From: Candidatus Latescibacterota bacterium
Lineage (GTDB): Bacteria; Latescibacterota; UBA2968; UBA8231
Length of the DNA stretch: 64,000 bases
Reading direction: 5' to 3'
NCBI GenBank assembly: GCA_965217585.1
Contig: OZ244561.1
Coordinates: forward strand, 576,001 to 640,000
Shown: positions 1-9,795 of the stretch, one piece after another
Position numbering within the stretch: the stretch's first letter is position 1
How the letters are laid out: the number at the start of each line of letters is the position of its first letter
The notes under the pieces: generated by a model
Database searches by the model: none
What the model saw: only the letters and a program-made list of their open reading frames with translations
What the model was told of the DNA's origin: nothing
Translations under genes and position numbers: made by a program

Positions 1-2000
1 AACAGGCCATCGCCGTCCAAATCGCCCAGGACCGGCGGCGCGGCTAGGGAATCGCCTAACTCGGCGCTATGAGATCCGATCTCGACCTGTCCGCCGGTCG
101 TGGCGAAGACCCATTCGACTTGGCCGTCGCCGTCCAAATCGCCTGTCGCCGGGGGTAACGAGGCCGCAGCCACCGGCGGCCTTTGCTCCTTTAACTCGCC
201 GCTTATGGCATCTACCACGTAGATCTGTTCCGCTCCGACGAGCAGCAGTTCAGCCTCTGCGCCCGCGCTGAAACTCGCGTCCAACGGCACCTCGTCCAGC
301 ACAAGCCGCCACCGCGGTTGGTCGGCCCCGGTGTCCCACGCGCTGATCTCTGCGTCGCGCCGCACAAAAACCTCGGGCCGGCCATCGCCGTCGCCGTCGC
401 CAGCAGCCAGCAGCCGCGCCCTTGGTACTTGCCACGCCGCCACGCCATCTCCGGTCGCATAGCTGACTCCACCCCCGGCCTCAAAGAGCAATTCATCCAC
501 TCCGTCGCCGTCCAAATCCGCAGCTTGCAGCCGGCCATCACCCGGCAAATCCCGTGGCCAACCCGGGCGGGCGCGCCCAAAGCGTATGGCCACCTGCATG
601 GTATCGCCGAGTGCGGAAAGCACTTCGATCTCAATGCCGGTTTCCCACTCTCGGTTGCTGCGCGAGTCAGGTTGAGTCGTCGGGCCGAACAGCGTTTGTC
701 CGCCGACAAAGAACGGATCGTCGGGCCATCCATCGACTTGCAACTCCCACGCACGGCGCGGATCACCAATGTCGCGGTACCCGTCGGCCTCTTCCAAGGC
801 AATCCCCTTCCAGTGGAGCTGATTGTTCGCGGCACTGGGGTCCGCAGCGCGAGCCATCACGCCCTCGTCTACATGCCATATCAGCACCCCCGACCCTGGG
901 ACAAAGGCGTCGTATTCCTCCATCGCCACCCACACGCCCTCGTCTATGGTGACCTGATCGAGATCGATCCACATCGTCTCTTCGTCTTCGCCCTCCACAA
1001 CGCCGCGCTGCCCACGCTGTTGCCTGTTCTCCAGCAAGAAGTATTCGCGTGCGTCAATGGGTATGCGCACTGCCTTGGGGAGATCGCCGCTGCGGTCGGT
1101 CGCCAGCAACGATAGTACAGTGTCGCGCCGCACCACCACCGGCTCAATCCACCCTAGCTGCATCTTGCTCCAAGCCATGGGATGCGGCGGCGCGAAGCCG
1201 CGTACCCACGCGAGGCTATCCGTCCGCACGTAGCCCCAAGCGTTGGCCCCCACGTCCATCAGGCTCCAGCTACCTAGGGCCGGCAGGCCGTCGGCAAAAT
1301 TGGACAACCCAGGCAGGCCCAACTGATGGCCAAAGAACTTGGCAAGCAAGCCATTGAGGCCAGCCCGGCCGTTGAGGCTAGGCGACTCCGGCAGGATCCA
1401 CGCCTCATCGATCGCTGCGTCGCCCACGGTCAGCGGACCGCCGTTAAAGAGCGCAAAATCGCCCTCGGATAGGAAAACCGAGCGAATATCGTTCAGCTCG
1501 CCGGTCTCGTGGCCGATCCCGGCATGGAACACGAGGAAGCTGTTGAATTCATCCAAACGCGGGCCGTCGGGATCAGCCAGCGCGGCATGAAGGGCATCGC
1601 TCACCAGCTCGATCCACTTCACACCGATCTCCTCAGTCGTGCGTCCGTTGCCGTAGTGGAGCATAGATTGGGGAAGCGTGTACGCCTGCCGAGCGGCGCG
1701 GGGGAACACCTCGGCGGAAATCGCCACCTGACCGGCAGAAACGACCTCGTAATAGCGCGCCAGCGCGGTCAGATGCCGCTCGAAATAAGCGCGGTCGTGC
1801 GGCGGCACGTCGTAGGGAAGCGCGTAGTCCTCGGCCGCTTCCTCTACCGAGCGCAAGTCAAAAGCCCCGACGCCAGTCGTCGTCAGCTCATCGGGATTTT
1901 CGCGCGGAAAATCGACGCGCAAGGCCAAGATTCGCCACTTGGCGTCGGCCGCGGTGGTCGCTGACAACAGCAGTGAGAAGCAGAAGCCTAAGAGGAGCAA
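1..2000 (-). CDS. Secreted M6/immune-inhibitor-A-like protein with FG-GAP repeats; runs off the window start, start codon uncertain (TTG at 2000)
   Basis: Absent from the ORF track, consistent with having no stop in the window. Manual translation of sampled segments in one frame gives a signal-peptide-like LLLLGFCFSLLLSATTAA, ILALRVDFP, FLVFHAGIG, AKFFGHQLGLPGL, WSLMDVG, and GDLDGDG repeats near 1-150. Confidence 0.75.
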   Translation of the reverse strand, partial: MLLLGFCFSLLLSATTAADAKWRILALRVDFPRENPDELTTTGVGAFDLRSVEEAAEDYALPYDVPPHDRAYFERHLTALARYYEVVSAGQVAISAEVFPRAARQAYTLPQSMLHYGNGRTTEEIGVKWIELVSDALHAALADPDGPRLDEFNSFLVFHAGIGHETGELNDIRSVFLSEGDFALFNGGPLTVGDAAIDEAWILPESPSLNGRAGLNGLLAKFFGHQLGLPGLSNFADGLPALGSWSLMDVGANAWGYVRTDSLAWVRGFAPPHPMAWSKMQLGWIEPVVVRRDTVLSLLATDRSGDLPKAVRIPIDAREYFLLENRQQRGQRGVVEGEDEETMWIDLDQVTIDEGVWVAMEEYDAFVPGSGVLIWHVDEGVMARAADPSAANNQLHWKGIALEEADGYRDIGDPRRAWELQVDGWPDDPFFVGGQTLFGPTTQPDSRSNREWETGIEIEVLSALGDTMQVAIRFGRARPGWPRDLPGDGRLQAADLDGDGVDELLFEAGGGVSYATGDGVAAWQVPRARLLAAGDGDGDGRPEVFVRRDAEISAWDTGADQPRWRLVLDEVPLDASFSAGAEAELLLVGAEQIYVVDAISGELKEQRPPVAAASLPPATGDLDGDGQVEWVFATTGGQVEIGSHSAELGDSLAAPPVLGDLDGDGL

Positions 2001-2064
2001 GGGGGCTAAATCGCAGCGTCGCCGCTCGGTGCGGCAACAGAACCAGCGTCCGATTGGAACACCC

Positions 2065-3117
2065 TCAGAAAATGATGTTCAGGGAAATTGGCGTATTGTC
2101 TCCCACCACCGCGTCTTCGCTGCCGATTATATACGCCACATCAAACTGGAAGCGATTGTATTTTAGGCCAACGCCAAAGGTCTTGGAATGTACCTCGCCG
2201 TCGCTGTCCCGCGAAAGGCCCGCACGCAACGCGATAAACGCCTCACCTTCGTGCGCGGAAAGCCCGTATTGGTATTCGCCGCCCACGTGCAGATCCATCT
2301 CCTTGAACTCGTTGCTCAAGCCCTCGTCGGCCCATGCCGTGGCCAAGTTGCTGACAAAAGACCCATCGGCAATCAGAGGTTTGTACAGGTCAAAAGAGAG
2401 CAGCAGGTCGTTGTATTGGGTATCCATCACGTCGTAGGCCACCCCGACGACGATATGTTGGGGCAGCGGGTCGGCCTGTTCGGCGTCGATATAGGCGATC
2501 TTGGGGCCTAGGTTGCGCAGGGCCGCGCCAAAGCTGAGGCTGGAGGTGGGCTTCCATAAAAATCCCAGATCCGCGGCAAAGCTGCTACCCACGCCCCGGC
2601 CCCGCTCAATGCCGGCCCCCGCATCGGCTAAGTTGCTGCGGATGAACTTCAAGCCGATGCCAGCGGACGTATTGTCGCCGATATCCGCCCCGTAGGCCAC
2701 AGACATAGCTACGTCATAGCTGCGGAAGGTGCCTTGTTGGTTGCCGCGTTCGTCTGTGCGGATCTGCTCGCCTAGATTTAGCAGCGCGACGTTGAGGCCG
2801 AAGTTGCCCCACCCCTCCACAGGCATGGAATAGGCCAGAAACTCGTAGGACAAGTCGTCAGCCAGCTTCGGCAGCCACGCGGTGTGGGAGAAGTGCATGT
2901 TTCTTTTTTGCTGCCCGACAAGCGCGGCTGGGTTGAAGTAGCTGGCCGTGGCGTCATCGGCCACCGCCACATAGGATTCGCCCATGGCAACGGCGCGGGA
3001 ACCCGGATTGATCAACAAAAAAAGCGGAGCACTTCGGCTCTCGGGCGTGGCCCGAACCCCATTGGGCAATGCGCCGACACAAAGGCCGACTAGCAGCAGG
3101 GTCGTCAGTTTCCTCAT
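2065..3117 (-). CDS. porV: PorV/PorQ-family type IX secretion outer-membrane protein
   Basis: FLLINPGSRAVAMGE, DDATASYFNPA and FSHTAWLPKLADDL motifs; C-terminal Phe; adjacent to porU. Confidence 0.85.
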   Translation of the reverse strand: MRKLTTLLLVGLCVGALPNGVRATPESRSAPLFLLINPGSRAVAMGESYVAVADDATASYFNPAALVGQQKRNMHFSHTAWLPKLADDLSYEFLAYSMPVEGWGNFGLNVALLNLGEQIRTDERGNQQGTFRSYDVAMSVAYGADIGDNTSAGIGLKFIRSNLADAGAGIERGRGVGSSFAADLGFLWKPTSSLSFGAALRNLGPKIAYIDAEQADPLPQHIVVGVAYDVMDTQYNDLLLSFDLYKPLIADGSFVSNLATAWADEGLSNEFKEMDLHVGGEYQYGLSAHEGEAFIALRAGLSRDSDGEVHSKTFGVGLKYNRFQFDVAYIIGSEDAVVGDNTPISLNIIF

Positions 3118-3214
3118 AGCGGAGTCCTCCTCAGCTAAGAATAAAAGTATAAAAATGATGCCTCCTAAGTATTAAGGCGATCTCACTGCTACAAAGGCAC
3201 TCCTCTCGCAACGC

Positions 3215-6200
3215 TCACTTGGCAACCTGCAAGACGGCGCGGCGCGCGACCGCAGCGCCACTTTCCCGTTCGGCTTCTATTCGGTATAAATACGAGCCGT
3301 TGGCCAAGCTCGGCGGCGGCGTCCAAGGCACTTGGTTGTAGCCAGCGTGTGTCTGTCCGTCTAGCTGGTCTATCAGCCGACCGGCCAGCGAAAAAACCTC
3401 TATCTGCACAGCGCGCATGTCGTCTTCTAGCTCATACGTGAAGTAGCCGCTATCGCGCATGGGATTCGGGTAAAACAGGACATTGGCAAGGCCCGCGTCG
3501 CCGGCGGCGTCCCCGACCGCGACCGACACCGTTGCACGCGACGAATTGTTGAAGTTGTCCCAGGCCTTCAGGCGGATCTCGTGTTTGCCCGCTTCCAGCT
3601 CGGGCAGGGGAAATTCAATGACCCCCTGACGGTAGTCCCCGCCTTGCACGCTGTAAAGCTCCGTCAATGTGAAGAACTGGCCGTCGATGGCCAGCTCGAT
3701 TTCGTGCCCGGTCTCTCCGGTGATGTTGATGCCGCTGGGATCTGCAATCGAGGCCAACAACACCGTCTGCCGCGGAATCGTGGTGCCTTTGGCCCCCTCG
3801 AAGCGCAGGGAAATTTCCGGCCCCTCCACGTCCGCTTCCACGCCTGCGGCCGTGCCCGCTAGCACCAATCCTTCGGCCGAGCCAAAGGCCGCCGGGCTGT
3901 CATCGCTCCAGACGTAGGCGCTGATGCGGCCGTTCTTCCCGCCGTAGGTAATGTCTTTAGGGACCCGAAACGCGGCGCGGAAGCGGCCCTCGGCTACTGG
4001 AAAGCGGCCGCGAAAGATGGGGGCACCGGTCTGCTGGTAAGTCAAGCCCTCCAAGTCGCTCTCTTCGCTCGAATCAAATGCCTGCAACCACACTTGGCCC
4101 TCATAGGTGGTGGCCGGCGCACCAGCCGCGTCGAGGACTTGGCCGGCCAGAGCCACTTCGCCTAGGGCGTGGAGCGAATCGGCCACGTCGATCTGCACCT
4201 GAAAGCGCGGCATGGCCAAGCGCGTCGCCGGGTCGCCGAAGAGCGTATAGCGCTGAATGTTGCGGAATGTACGGAATGCAGTGGGGCCACTGGGGGAATA
4301 CAGCGGCAGCAGTAATTGCTTAGCCTCGAAGAGGGCCAGCCCAATAGGCACGTGCTCCCGTCCGGTGTGGTACATCTGCCGGTAGAACTGGTTGGCCAAC
4401 TCGACATTGCTGTCGTGATATCCCACTCGGGCCGCGCAAATCATGCCGATCACGCCCCCGTCTTCCTTCTTCAAGAGCGCCTCGGGGATGGAGATGCGCA
4501 CTGGATCGTCGAACACCCCAACTTGACTGGCGGCCGTGAAAAACAAGGGCAGGCGACCGCCATTTCTGACATCGTCCAAATCGCGGGAAAGCAAGAACAT
4601 CCACTCGTGGGCCAAGCGGTCGTAGGTGCCGTGCCCCAAATAGGTCACAATAAGCGCGCCCTTGTTGAGGAGCCGGATGAACGCGTCCCGCGCCCGCGGT
4701 TTCTTCCCTCCCTCTAGGGGGAATTGGGCGATGTAGAGCTTGGTCACGTCCAACGCCTCAGGCATGACGTTTTGGGCCATGTATTCGCTGTCGTTGAGAA
4801 AGTATTTCTCGACATTAAGCGGCTTGTCTCGATTGAATAAATCATCCGCAACCAGCGCCACGCGGCTCTGCCAAGGCCCCAATTCAGGCGCGCGGTCGTA
4901 GGCGATGATTTTGTCGGCGAGCGCGTCGGCCTCAGCCGCGGTCTGCACCGTCAGCCGACCAATAGCCATGTCGGGGAACAAATCGCCGCCGACCACGCGC
5001 GTGTACCACTCGTCGTACGTGCTGTCGCCGTCTTGGAAGGCCGGGATCCAATTGCCCTGACTGAGGGCCGAATTGTTCTTGTAATCGTACGAGCCATCGC
5101 CGACCAAGACCACGAATAGGGGAGCGGGATCCCAGTGCTCGGCCGCATAGGCGAGAAAATTGCGGATCGCCGCTGGATCCAAAAGTCCGCCGGAAAATTC
5201 GTCGTAGATGTCTTGTACGTCGATGGCCACCGTCCGCAGGGGCGGACCGAAGCGGTCGTCTTCAGCCCGCCATTGCGCCAAGCGCTCGGCCGCGGCGCGG
5301 AAATCGCGGTGGTAAATCGCCACCCAATCGGCCCCCCAGCCCCCAGTCGTCAAATCGCCGGGCAAGTCAAGCTCGACCCGCACTGGTCGCTTCCAAGTCG
5401 CCGGACCGCCGACTATGTACTGACGCGGCACCTCCCCGGGTCGATCCTGAAAAGTTACCGTCCCGGCTTGCGCGTCGTACTCGAAGTCCACGACCTCGGC
5501 CAAGCCCGCAGTAACCTCAAAGACGCGCGGCTGCTCGTCGGCAAAACCAGCGAGACGGAATTGAGTGGTGCCCGTCAGCGGATAGGTGAAGATCAGCTCG
5601 CCGCGCTCGGCGACAAAGCCGCGGCTGTACTCCACCTCGTACCAGTCTAAGCGGGACGGATTACCGGAGTGAACGATCCCCAAGTGGTTCAGCCCCTCCT
5701 GCGCCCCCATCGGTGCCCACAGCGTATCGGATGCAACGGGCGTCTGGCGAGGTTCGTCTGGGATTGCAAAAGCCTCTCTTCCGATGGTCTCTTCGTTCCA
5801 GCGCACCTCAAACCGCGGCCGCGTCCCGGGTACCCCGATAAAGCCCAAACGCACGGCTACCGGCTCGGGCACGGCCTGCCGCACCACCACCGGAAAATTG
5901 CGCGCATTGCCGCGAAAGTCCTCCCAGTACCAAGTGTAGCCAGACTTGATGCTATAAAGCTGGTTGAGAACGAACTGCTCGGCTTCCTCGTGGACCCGCA
6001 CCCGATAGCTCGTGGGCTGCTGCGGGTCGGACGCCACCAGAGCACCACTCCTTTGCTCGGCCCGCCGCCCCTCGCCTCCACCGCCAAAACCCAGCCAGTA
6101 CGCGTTCTCGCGCGTGTAGAGGTTGTGCCGATATTGAAACGAGCGGCTAGTCTGGACGTATTCCCAGCGGCTGACCGGCTCGGCCCAAAACAAGACGAAG

Positions 6201-6940
6201 TCGTCCGCGTCCAAACGGCCATCGCCCCCATCTTCTACGACCAAGCCCACTTCTGGCATGGCTTGGGGTGGACCTACCTGACTGATGGACAAGGCTTTAC
6301 CACCTCCGTAGTGCAGGCGCAAACTCGCCGGATCGATGTCGTCGAGCGATACCCCGGCGGCCTCTAAGTCGGCACCCGATATCCTGTACATCCCCTCTTC
6401 CGAGACCAAGATCCGCAGCCAAGTCCCTTCTTGCAACGCGGCCTTGCGCGCTGGCCGCCGCTTGGGTGGCAATCGCCAGTTCCTAGCTTGCTCGGGATTG
6501 ACGAGCACCCCTCGGTAGAATGCTTCGCCCCAAGGGTCGGCAACGCGGGTGCCGCCACTGCCGGTCACGTGCAGGTCAACGACGATGCGATCATACAGGG
6601 TCCGCGTCCCATCTGCTTCGACGCGCGGGGCAAACGCCACCGGAACGACGCGCTGGCGACGCGCAAAACCACTCTCGCCGAGGAAGACCGGCTCGGGCGT
6701 AGACGCGTCGTCTTCAGCGGCGCGATCCGTCCGCGCCACGTGGGCTTCGATCAACTCCAAGCGAACCTGTCCGTCGATTGGGACGCCGATCAAGGCACCG
6801 CGCCCCCGCTCCAATTCTTGGCCCTCGGGGAGCCAAACCAACCGCAGGCGCTGTGGCGTCTGTTCGCTCACGCGCAATTCCGCCATGGCCGCACTCCCGC
6901 AAAAAAGCGCGAGCGCCCAAAAGCAGCATTTGAATCTCAT
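3215..6940 (-). CDS. porU: Type IX secretion sortase PorU-like protein (peptidase C25 family) with C-terminal CTD-like domain
   Basis: 1241 aa; QDIYDEFSGG..DPAAIRNFL, LVGDGSYDYK, MAIGRL, YLGHG, YTLFGDPA, LKAWDNFNNS, FYPNP motifs. Confidence 0.85.
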   Translation of the reverse strand: MRFKCCFWALALFCGSAAMAELRVSEQTPQRLRLVWLPEGQELERGRGALIGVPIDGQVRLELIEAHVARTDRAAEDDASTPEPVFLGESGFARRQRVVPVAFAPRVEADGTRTLYDRIVVDLHVTGSGGTRVADPWGEAFYRGVLVNPEQARNWRLPPKRRPARKAALQEGTWLRILVSEEGMYRISGADLEAAGVSLDDIDPASLRLHYGGGKALSISQVGPPQAMPEVGLVVEDGGDGRLDADDFVLFWAEPVSRWEYVQTSRSFQYRHNLYTRENAYWLGFGGGGEGRRAEQRSGALVASDPQQPTSYRVRVHEEAEQFVLNQLYSIKSGYTWYWEDFRGNARNFPVVVRQAVPEPVAVRLGFIGVPGTRPRFEVRWNEETIGREAFAIPDEPRQTPVASDTLWAPMGAQEGLNHLGIVHSGNPSRLDWYEVEYSRGFVAERGELIFTYPLTGTTQFRLAGFADEQPRVFEVTAGLAEVVDFEYDAQAGTVTFQDRPGEVPRQYIVGGPATWKRPVRVELDLPGDLTTGGWGADWVAIYHRDFRAAAERLAQWRAEDDRFGPPLRTVAIDVQDIYDEFSGGLLDPAAIRNFLAYAAEHWDPAPLFVVLVGDGSYDYKNNSALSQGNWIPAFQDGDSTYDEWYTRVVGGDLFPDMAIGRLTVQTAAEADALADKIIAYDRAPELGPWQSRVALVADDLFNRDKPLNVEKYFLNDSEYMAQNVMPEALDVTKLYIAQFPLEGGKKPRARDAFIRLLNKGALIVTYLGHGTYDRLAHEWMFLLSRDLDDVRNGGRLPLFFTAASQVGVFDDPVRISIPEALLKKEDGGVIGMICAARVGYHDSNVELANQFYRQMYHTGREHVPIGLALFEAKQLLLPLYSPSGPTAFRTFRNIQRYTLFGDPATRLAMPRFQVQIDVADSLHALGEVALAGQVLDAAGAPATTYEGQVWLQAFDSSEESDLEGLTYQQTGAPIFRGRFPVAEGRFRAAFRVPKDITYGGKNGRISAYVWSDDSPAAFGSAEGLVLAGTAAGVEADVEGPEISLRFEGAKGTTIPRQTVLLASIADPSGINITGETGHEIELAIDGQFFTLTELYSVQGGDYRQGVIEFPLPELEAGKHEIRLKAWDNFNNSSRATVSVAVGDAAGDAGLANVLFYPNPMRDSGYFTYELEDDMRAVQIEVFSLAGRLIDQLDGQTHAGYNQVPWTPPPSLANGSYLYRIEAERESGAAVARRAVLQVAK

Positions 6941-7031
6941 AAAATGGTATAGGTGGGATTGGTCATGTGGTCATGGCGATTGGCACTTTTAAGGTCATTC
7001 CAAGCCCCCTTTTTGTCAAGGGCATCTCACC

Positions 7032-7060
7032 TTGACTTATCGACTCAGCACCGCTATGTT
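7032..7060 (+). promoter_or_regulatory. Sigma70-like promoter of rpmB
   Basis: TTGACT-17 nt-TATGTT, followed by GGAGG and the ATG at 7088. Confidence 0.6.
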
Positions 7061-7087
7061 TTACTATTTCTTAACAGGGAGGCACTC

Positions 7088-7315
7088 ATGGCCAGACAAT
7101 GCAGCCTGACCAACGTTAAGGGCCTAGTTGGCAACAAAGTCAGCCACTCGCAGCGCAAAACCAAGCGTGTCCAACAGCCCAACCTCATCAAAAAGCGCAT
7201 CTTCATTCCCGAAGAAAACCGCACCGTCACCCTACGCCTGACCGCCCGCGCCCTACGCACTTTAAACAAAAAAGGCGTCCATCAGTTCCTCAAGGAAAAC
7301 GGGATCAAGGTCTGA
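7088..7315 (+). CDS. rpmB: 50S ribosomal protein L28
   Basis: MARQCSLT..GNKVSHSQRKTKRVQQPNL; GGAGG RBS. Confidence 0.95.
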   Translation: MARQCSLTNVKGLVGNKVSHSQRKTKRVQQPNLIKKRIFIPEENRTVTLRLTARALRTLNKKGVHQFLKENGIKV

Positions 7316-7338
7316 GCGGGCAAAAGCCCTCCGCGCAC

Positions 7339-8454
7339 ATGAACCAAGGTGACGACGTAGCCGACGCCATCCAAGAGCGAGTTCACCAAGCCCTAGCCGA
7401 AAACGCGGCCTTAAAAATTTTTGCCGGCCGCACTAAGTCCTTTCTCGGACGCCGACACGACGGAGCCCCACTCGACCTCTCCGCTCTGGCCGGCGTCGTC
7501 AGCTACGAGCCAAACGAATTGGTTTTAGTCGCCCGCCCGGGCACCAAGCTGAGCGAAATAGAAGCCCTGTGCCGTAGCGAAAACCAGTACTTCGCTTTCG
7601 AGCCGCCCGCTTGGGGTGCGGCCGCGACCATCGGCGGCACCGTGGCCTGCAACCTCTCGGGACCGCGGCGCTTCAAGATGGGCGCACTGCGCGATCACTT
7701 GCTCGGTGCCGAGCTAATCGACGGCCGCGGCGAGCGAATTCGCACCGGCGGCAAAGTCGTCAAGAACGTCACGGGCTACGATCTATCCAAGGTACTGGCC
7801 GGCTCCTTTGGGACGCTGGGGGTGCTTACCGAGGTTTGCCTCAAGGTCTGGCCGCGCCCTGAAACCCAAGCAACCCTGTTCATTCACGGACTGAGGCCCG
7901 CAGCGGCGTTGGAGCGGATTCTCGACTGGGCGGCGCGGCCCCTACAGATCACGGGCCTAGTCTGCGACGCCGACCAGTTAGCCGCCCGTGTCGAAGGCCC
8001 AGCACCAGCGGTGCTGGCGCAGCTAGCACCGCTGCGCGAAGGAGAAACAGCAGAGTCGGAGATAATAGAAGAGGCCGAGTCGCACGCCTTCTGGCGACGT
8101 TGGCGCGAGCTCGAATGGCTGGCCCCGGCCGAGGGCCAACAGCGCTGGCGCTTTTCTGGACCGCCGACCAAGATGGTGCAGCTAATGGAAGCGCTAGAGG
8201 CCGAGGGGCTAAGTCGCTGGGGGCTGGACTGGGCCGGCGGCTTGCTGTGGGTGCTGTTGCCGGTGGCCGCCCAAGCCTCGCGCTTGCACCGCATCGCAGC
8301 CCGCCACCAAGCCCTTGGCTGGCGCTTTGCAGCCGACGAGCACAACGAAGACGTCTTTACCCCACTCAGTGCCGGCGCGGCGCGCATGAACCAGATGCTC
8401 AAGCGCGCCCTCGACCCACAAGGCATTTTTAACCCAGGCAAGATGTACGCCTAA
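7339..8454 (+). CDS. glcE: Glycolate oxidase FAD-binding subunit GlcE-like
   Basis: ATIGGTVACNLSGPRR, GGKVVKNVTGYDLSK, GSFGTLG, DPQGIFNPGK. Confidence 0.85.
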   Translation: MNQGDDVADAIQERVHQALAENAALKIFAGRTKSFLGRRHDGAPLDLSALAGVVSYEPNELVLVARPGTKLSEIEALCRSENQYFAFEPPAWGAAATIGGTVACNLSGPRRFKMGALRDHLLGAELIDGRGERIRTGGKVVKNVTGYDLSKVLAGSFGTLGVLTEVCLKVWPRPETQATLFIHGLRPAAALERILDWAARPLQITGLVCDADQLAARVEGPAPAVLAQLAPLREGETAESEIIEEAESHAFWRRWRELEWLAPAEGQQRWRFSGPPTKMVQLMEALEAEGLSRWGLDWAGGLLWVLLPVAAQASRLHRIAARHQALGWRFAADEHNEDVFTPLSAGAARMNQMLKRALDPQGIFNPGKMYA

Positions 8455-9635
8455 TATATCTGGCCCGGGCGATAGTCCGGCGGCGGCGTTTCCCGTTCGC
8501 TGAGCCACAGCGCCCGCCCAACCCGCGCCTGGACGTATTGATAGTCATAGCTCGTGTCCGGAGCGGAGATGTTGCCCTGCGACGGGTATTGGGCAATAGC
8601 CTCCTCGACAAGGTCCACGCCCAACCCAGGAGTATCCGGCACCGCGATATGGCTATCGACGACTTCGGGCTGGCCAGTCATCACCTCGTAGCGTTGCGGC
8701 ACATCGTCGGCTAGGTGCTCCAAGATCAGGAAGTTGGGGAGCGTGGCCATTAGGTGTACGGCCGCCATTTCGGCCACCGGCCCCAACGAGCCGTCGTGCG
8801 GGGCTACCATGCAGTAGTGAGCCTCGGCCATAGCGGCGATCTTCTTCATCTGCCCCAAGCCCCCAGCCCGACCCGTATCGGGTTGGACCACATCGATGAT
8901 CTCGCGCTCAATCAGCTCCTTTACTCCCCAAATGGTGGCGTGGCGCTCGCCCGCGGCAATGGGAATATCCACTGCGTCGGCAACCCGAGCGAGGGCGTCG
9001 ATATTTTCAGGGGCTACTGGATCTTCGTAAAACAGCAGGTCGTATTCTTCAAGCGCGTGGCCCAAGGCAATGGCGTCACGCGTCGTCAACCAAGGCGGCC
9101 CGTGGACGTCGACCATGAGATCCACCTCGTCGCCGACCTCTTTGCGGATGGCGGCAACCGTTTCGACGCAGTTTTTGATTCCCCCGGTCTTTATCGCCGT
9201 ATAGCCTTGATCGACCAAAGCCCGCGCCCCCTCTTTCTCGTGCGCGTGGGCATAAACTCGCACCCGGTCGCGCATCTTGCCGCCCAAGAGGTTCCACACC
9301 GGCTGCTCAAGGGCCTTGCCCTTGATGTCCCACAGCGCCATCTCAATGCCGGTCATGGCACCAGAGCCGACGATGCCGGTCATGCCGTGGCCCATCATCG
9401 CCACCTGCATCTTGCCCCACAGCCGCTCGATGTGGAAGGGGTCCTCACCGATCATCAAAGGCGTCAGGTCGTGGATAGCCGTTTCGACCACGCGCGGCCA
9501 GCCCGAGGCCTCACCCACGCCGTAGATGCCTGCGTCGGTCTCGACCTTGACGAAGAGCCAGTTGCGCGCCGACCAACCGCTTGCCTGCGGGGGCGCACAC
9601 TGCATCAAATAGGTCTTGATCTGGGTAATTTTCAT
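8451..9635 (-). CDS. Mandelate racemase/galactonate dehydratase-like enolase superfamily enzyme
   Basis: NWLFVKVETDAGIYGVGE, IEMALWDIKGK, DVHG, YEDP, GER, QPD motifs. Confidence 0.85.
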   Translation of the reverse strand: MKITQIKTYLMQCAPPQASGWSARNWLFVKVETDAGIYGVGEASGWPRVVETAIHDLTPLMIGEDPFHIERLWGKMQVAMMGHGMTGIVGSGAMTGIEMALWDIKGKALEQPVWNLLGGKMRDRVRVYAHAHEKEGARALVDQGYTAIKTGGIKNCVETVAAIRKEVGDEVDLMVDVHGPPWLTTRDAIALGHALEEYDLLFYEDPVAPENIDALARVADAVDIPIAAGERHATIWGVKELIEREIIDVVQPDTGRAGGLGQMKKIAAMAEAHYCMVAPHDGSLGPVAEMAAVHLMATLPNFLILEHLADDVPQRYEVMTGQPEVVDSHIAVPDTPGLGVDLVEEAIAQYPSQGNISAPDTSYDYQYVQARVGRALWLSERETPPPDYRPGQIY

Positions 9636-9717
9636 AGAGGGCTCCCCATGTTGCGATGGAGCGACAAGTATAAGCCATAGAGCAAAATCAATCCATTGCC
9701 GGCACCCTGCGCGTAGA

Positions 9718-9746
9718 TTGACAGGTATATTTTCAATACTTAGCTT
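9718..9746 (+). promoter_or_regulatory. Sigma70-like promoter for the polyprenyl synthase-apbE-secDF run
   Basis: TTGACA-17 nt-TAGCTT in an AT-rich intergenic region. Confidence 0.65.
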
Positions 9747-9795
9747 CTAAATTTTCTATTTCTTTAGCGATTTAATTCTGATAGATGCCTTTCTC

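Noticed and set aside
1655-1680. Suspected frameshift in the M6-like ORF
   Set aside because: Recounting the G4 run keeps the frame (YTLPQSMLHYG).
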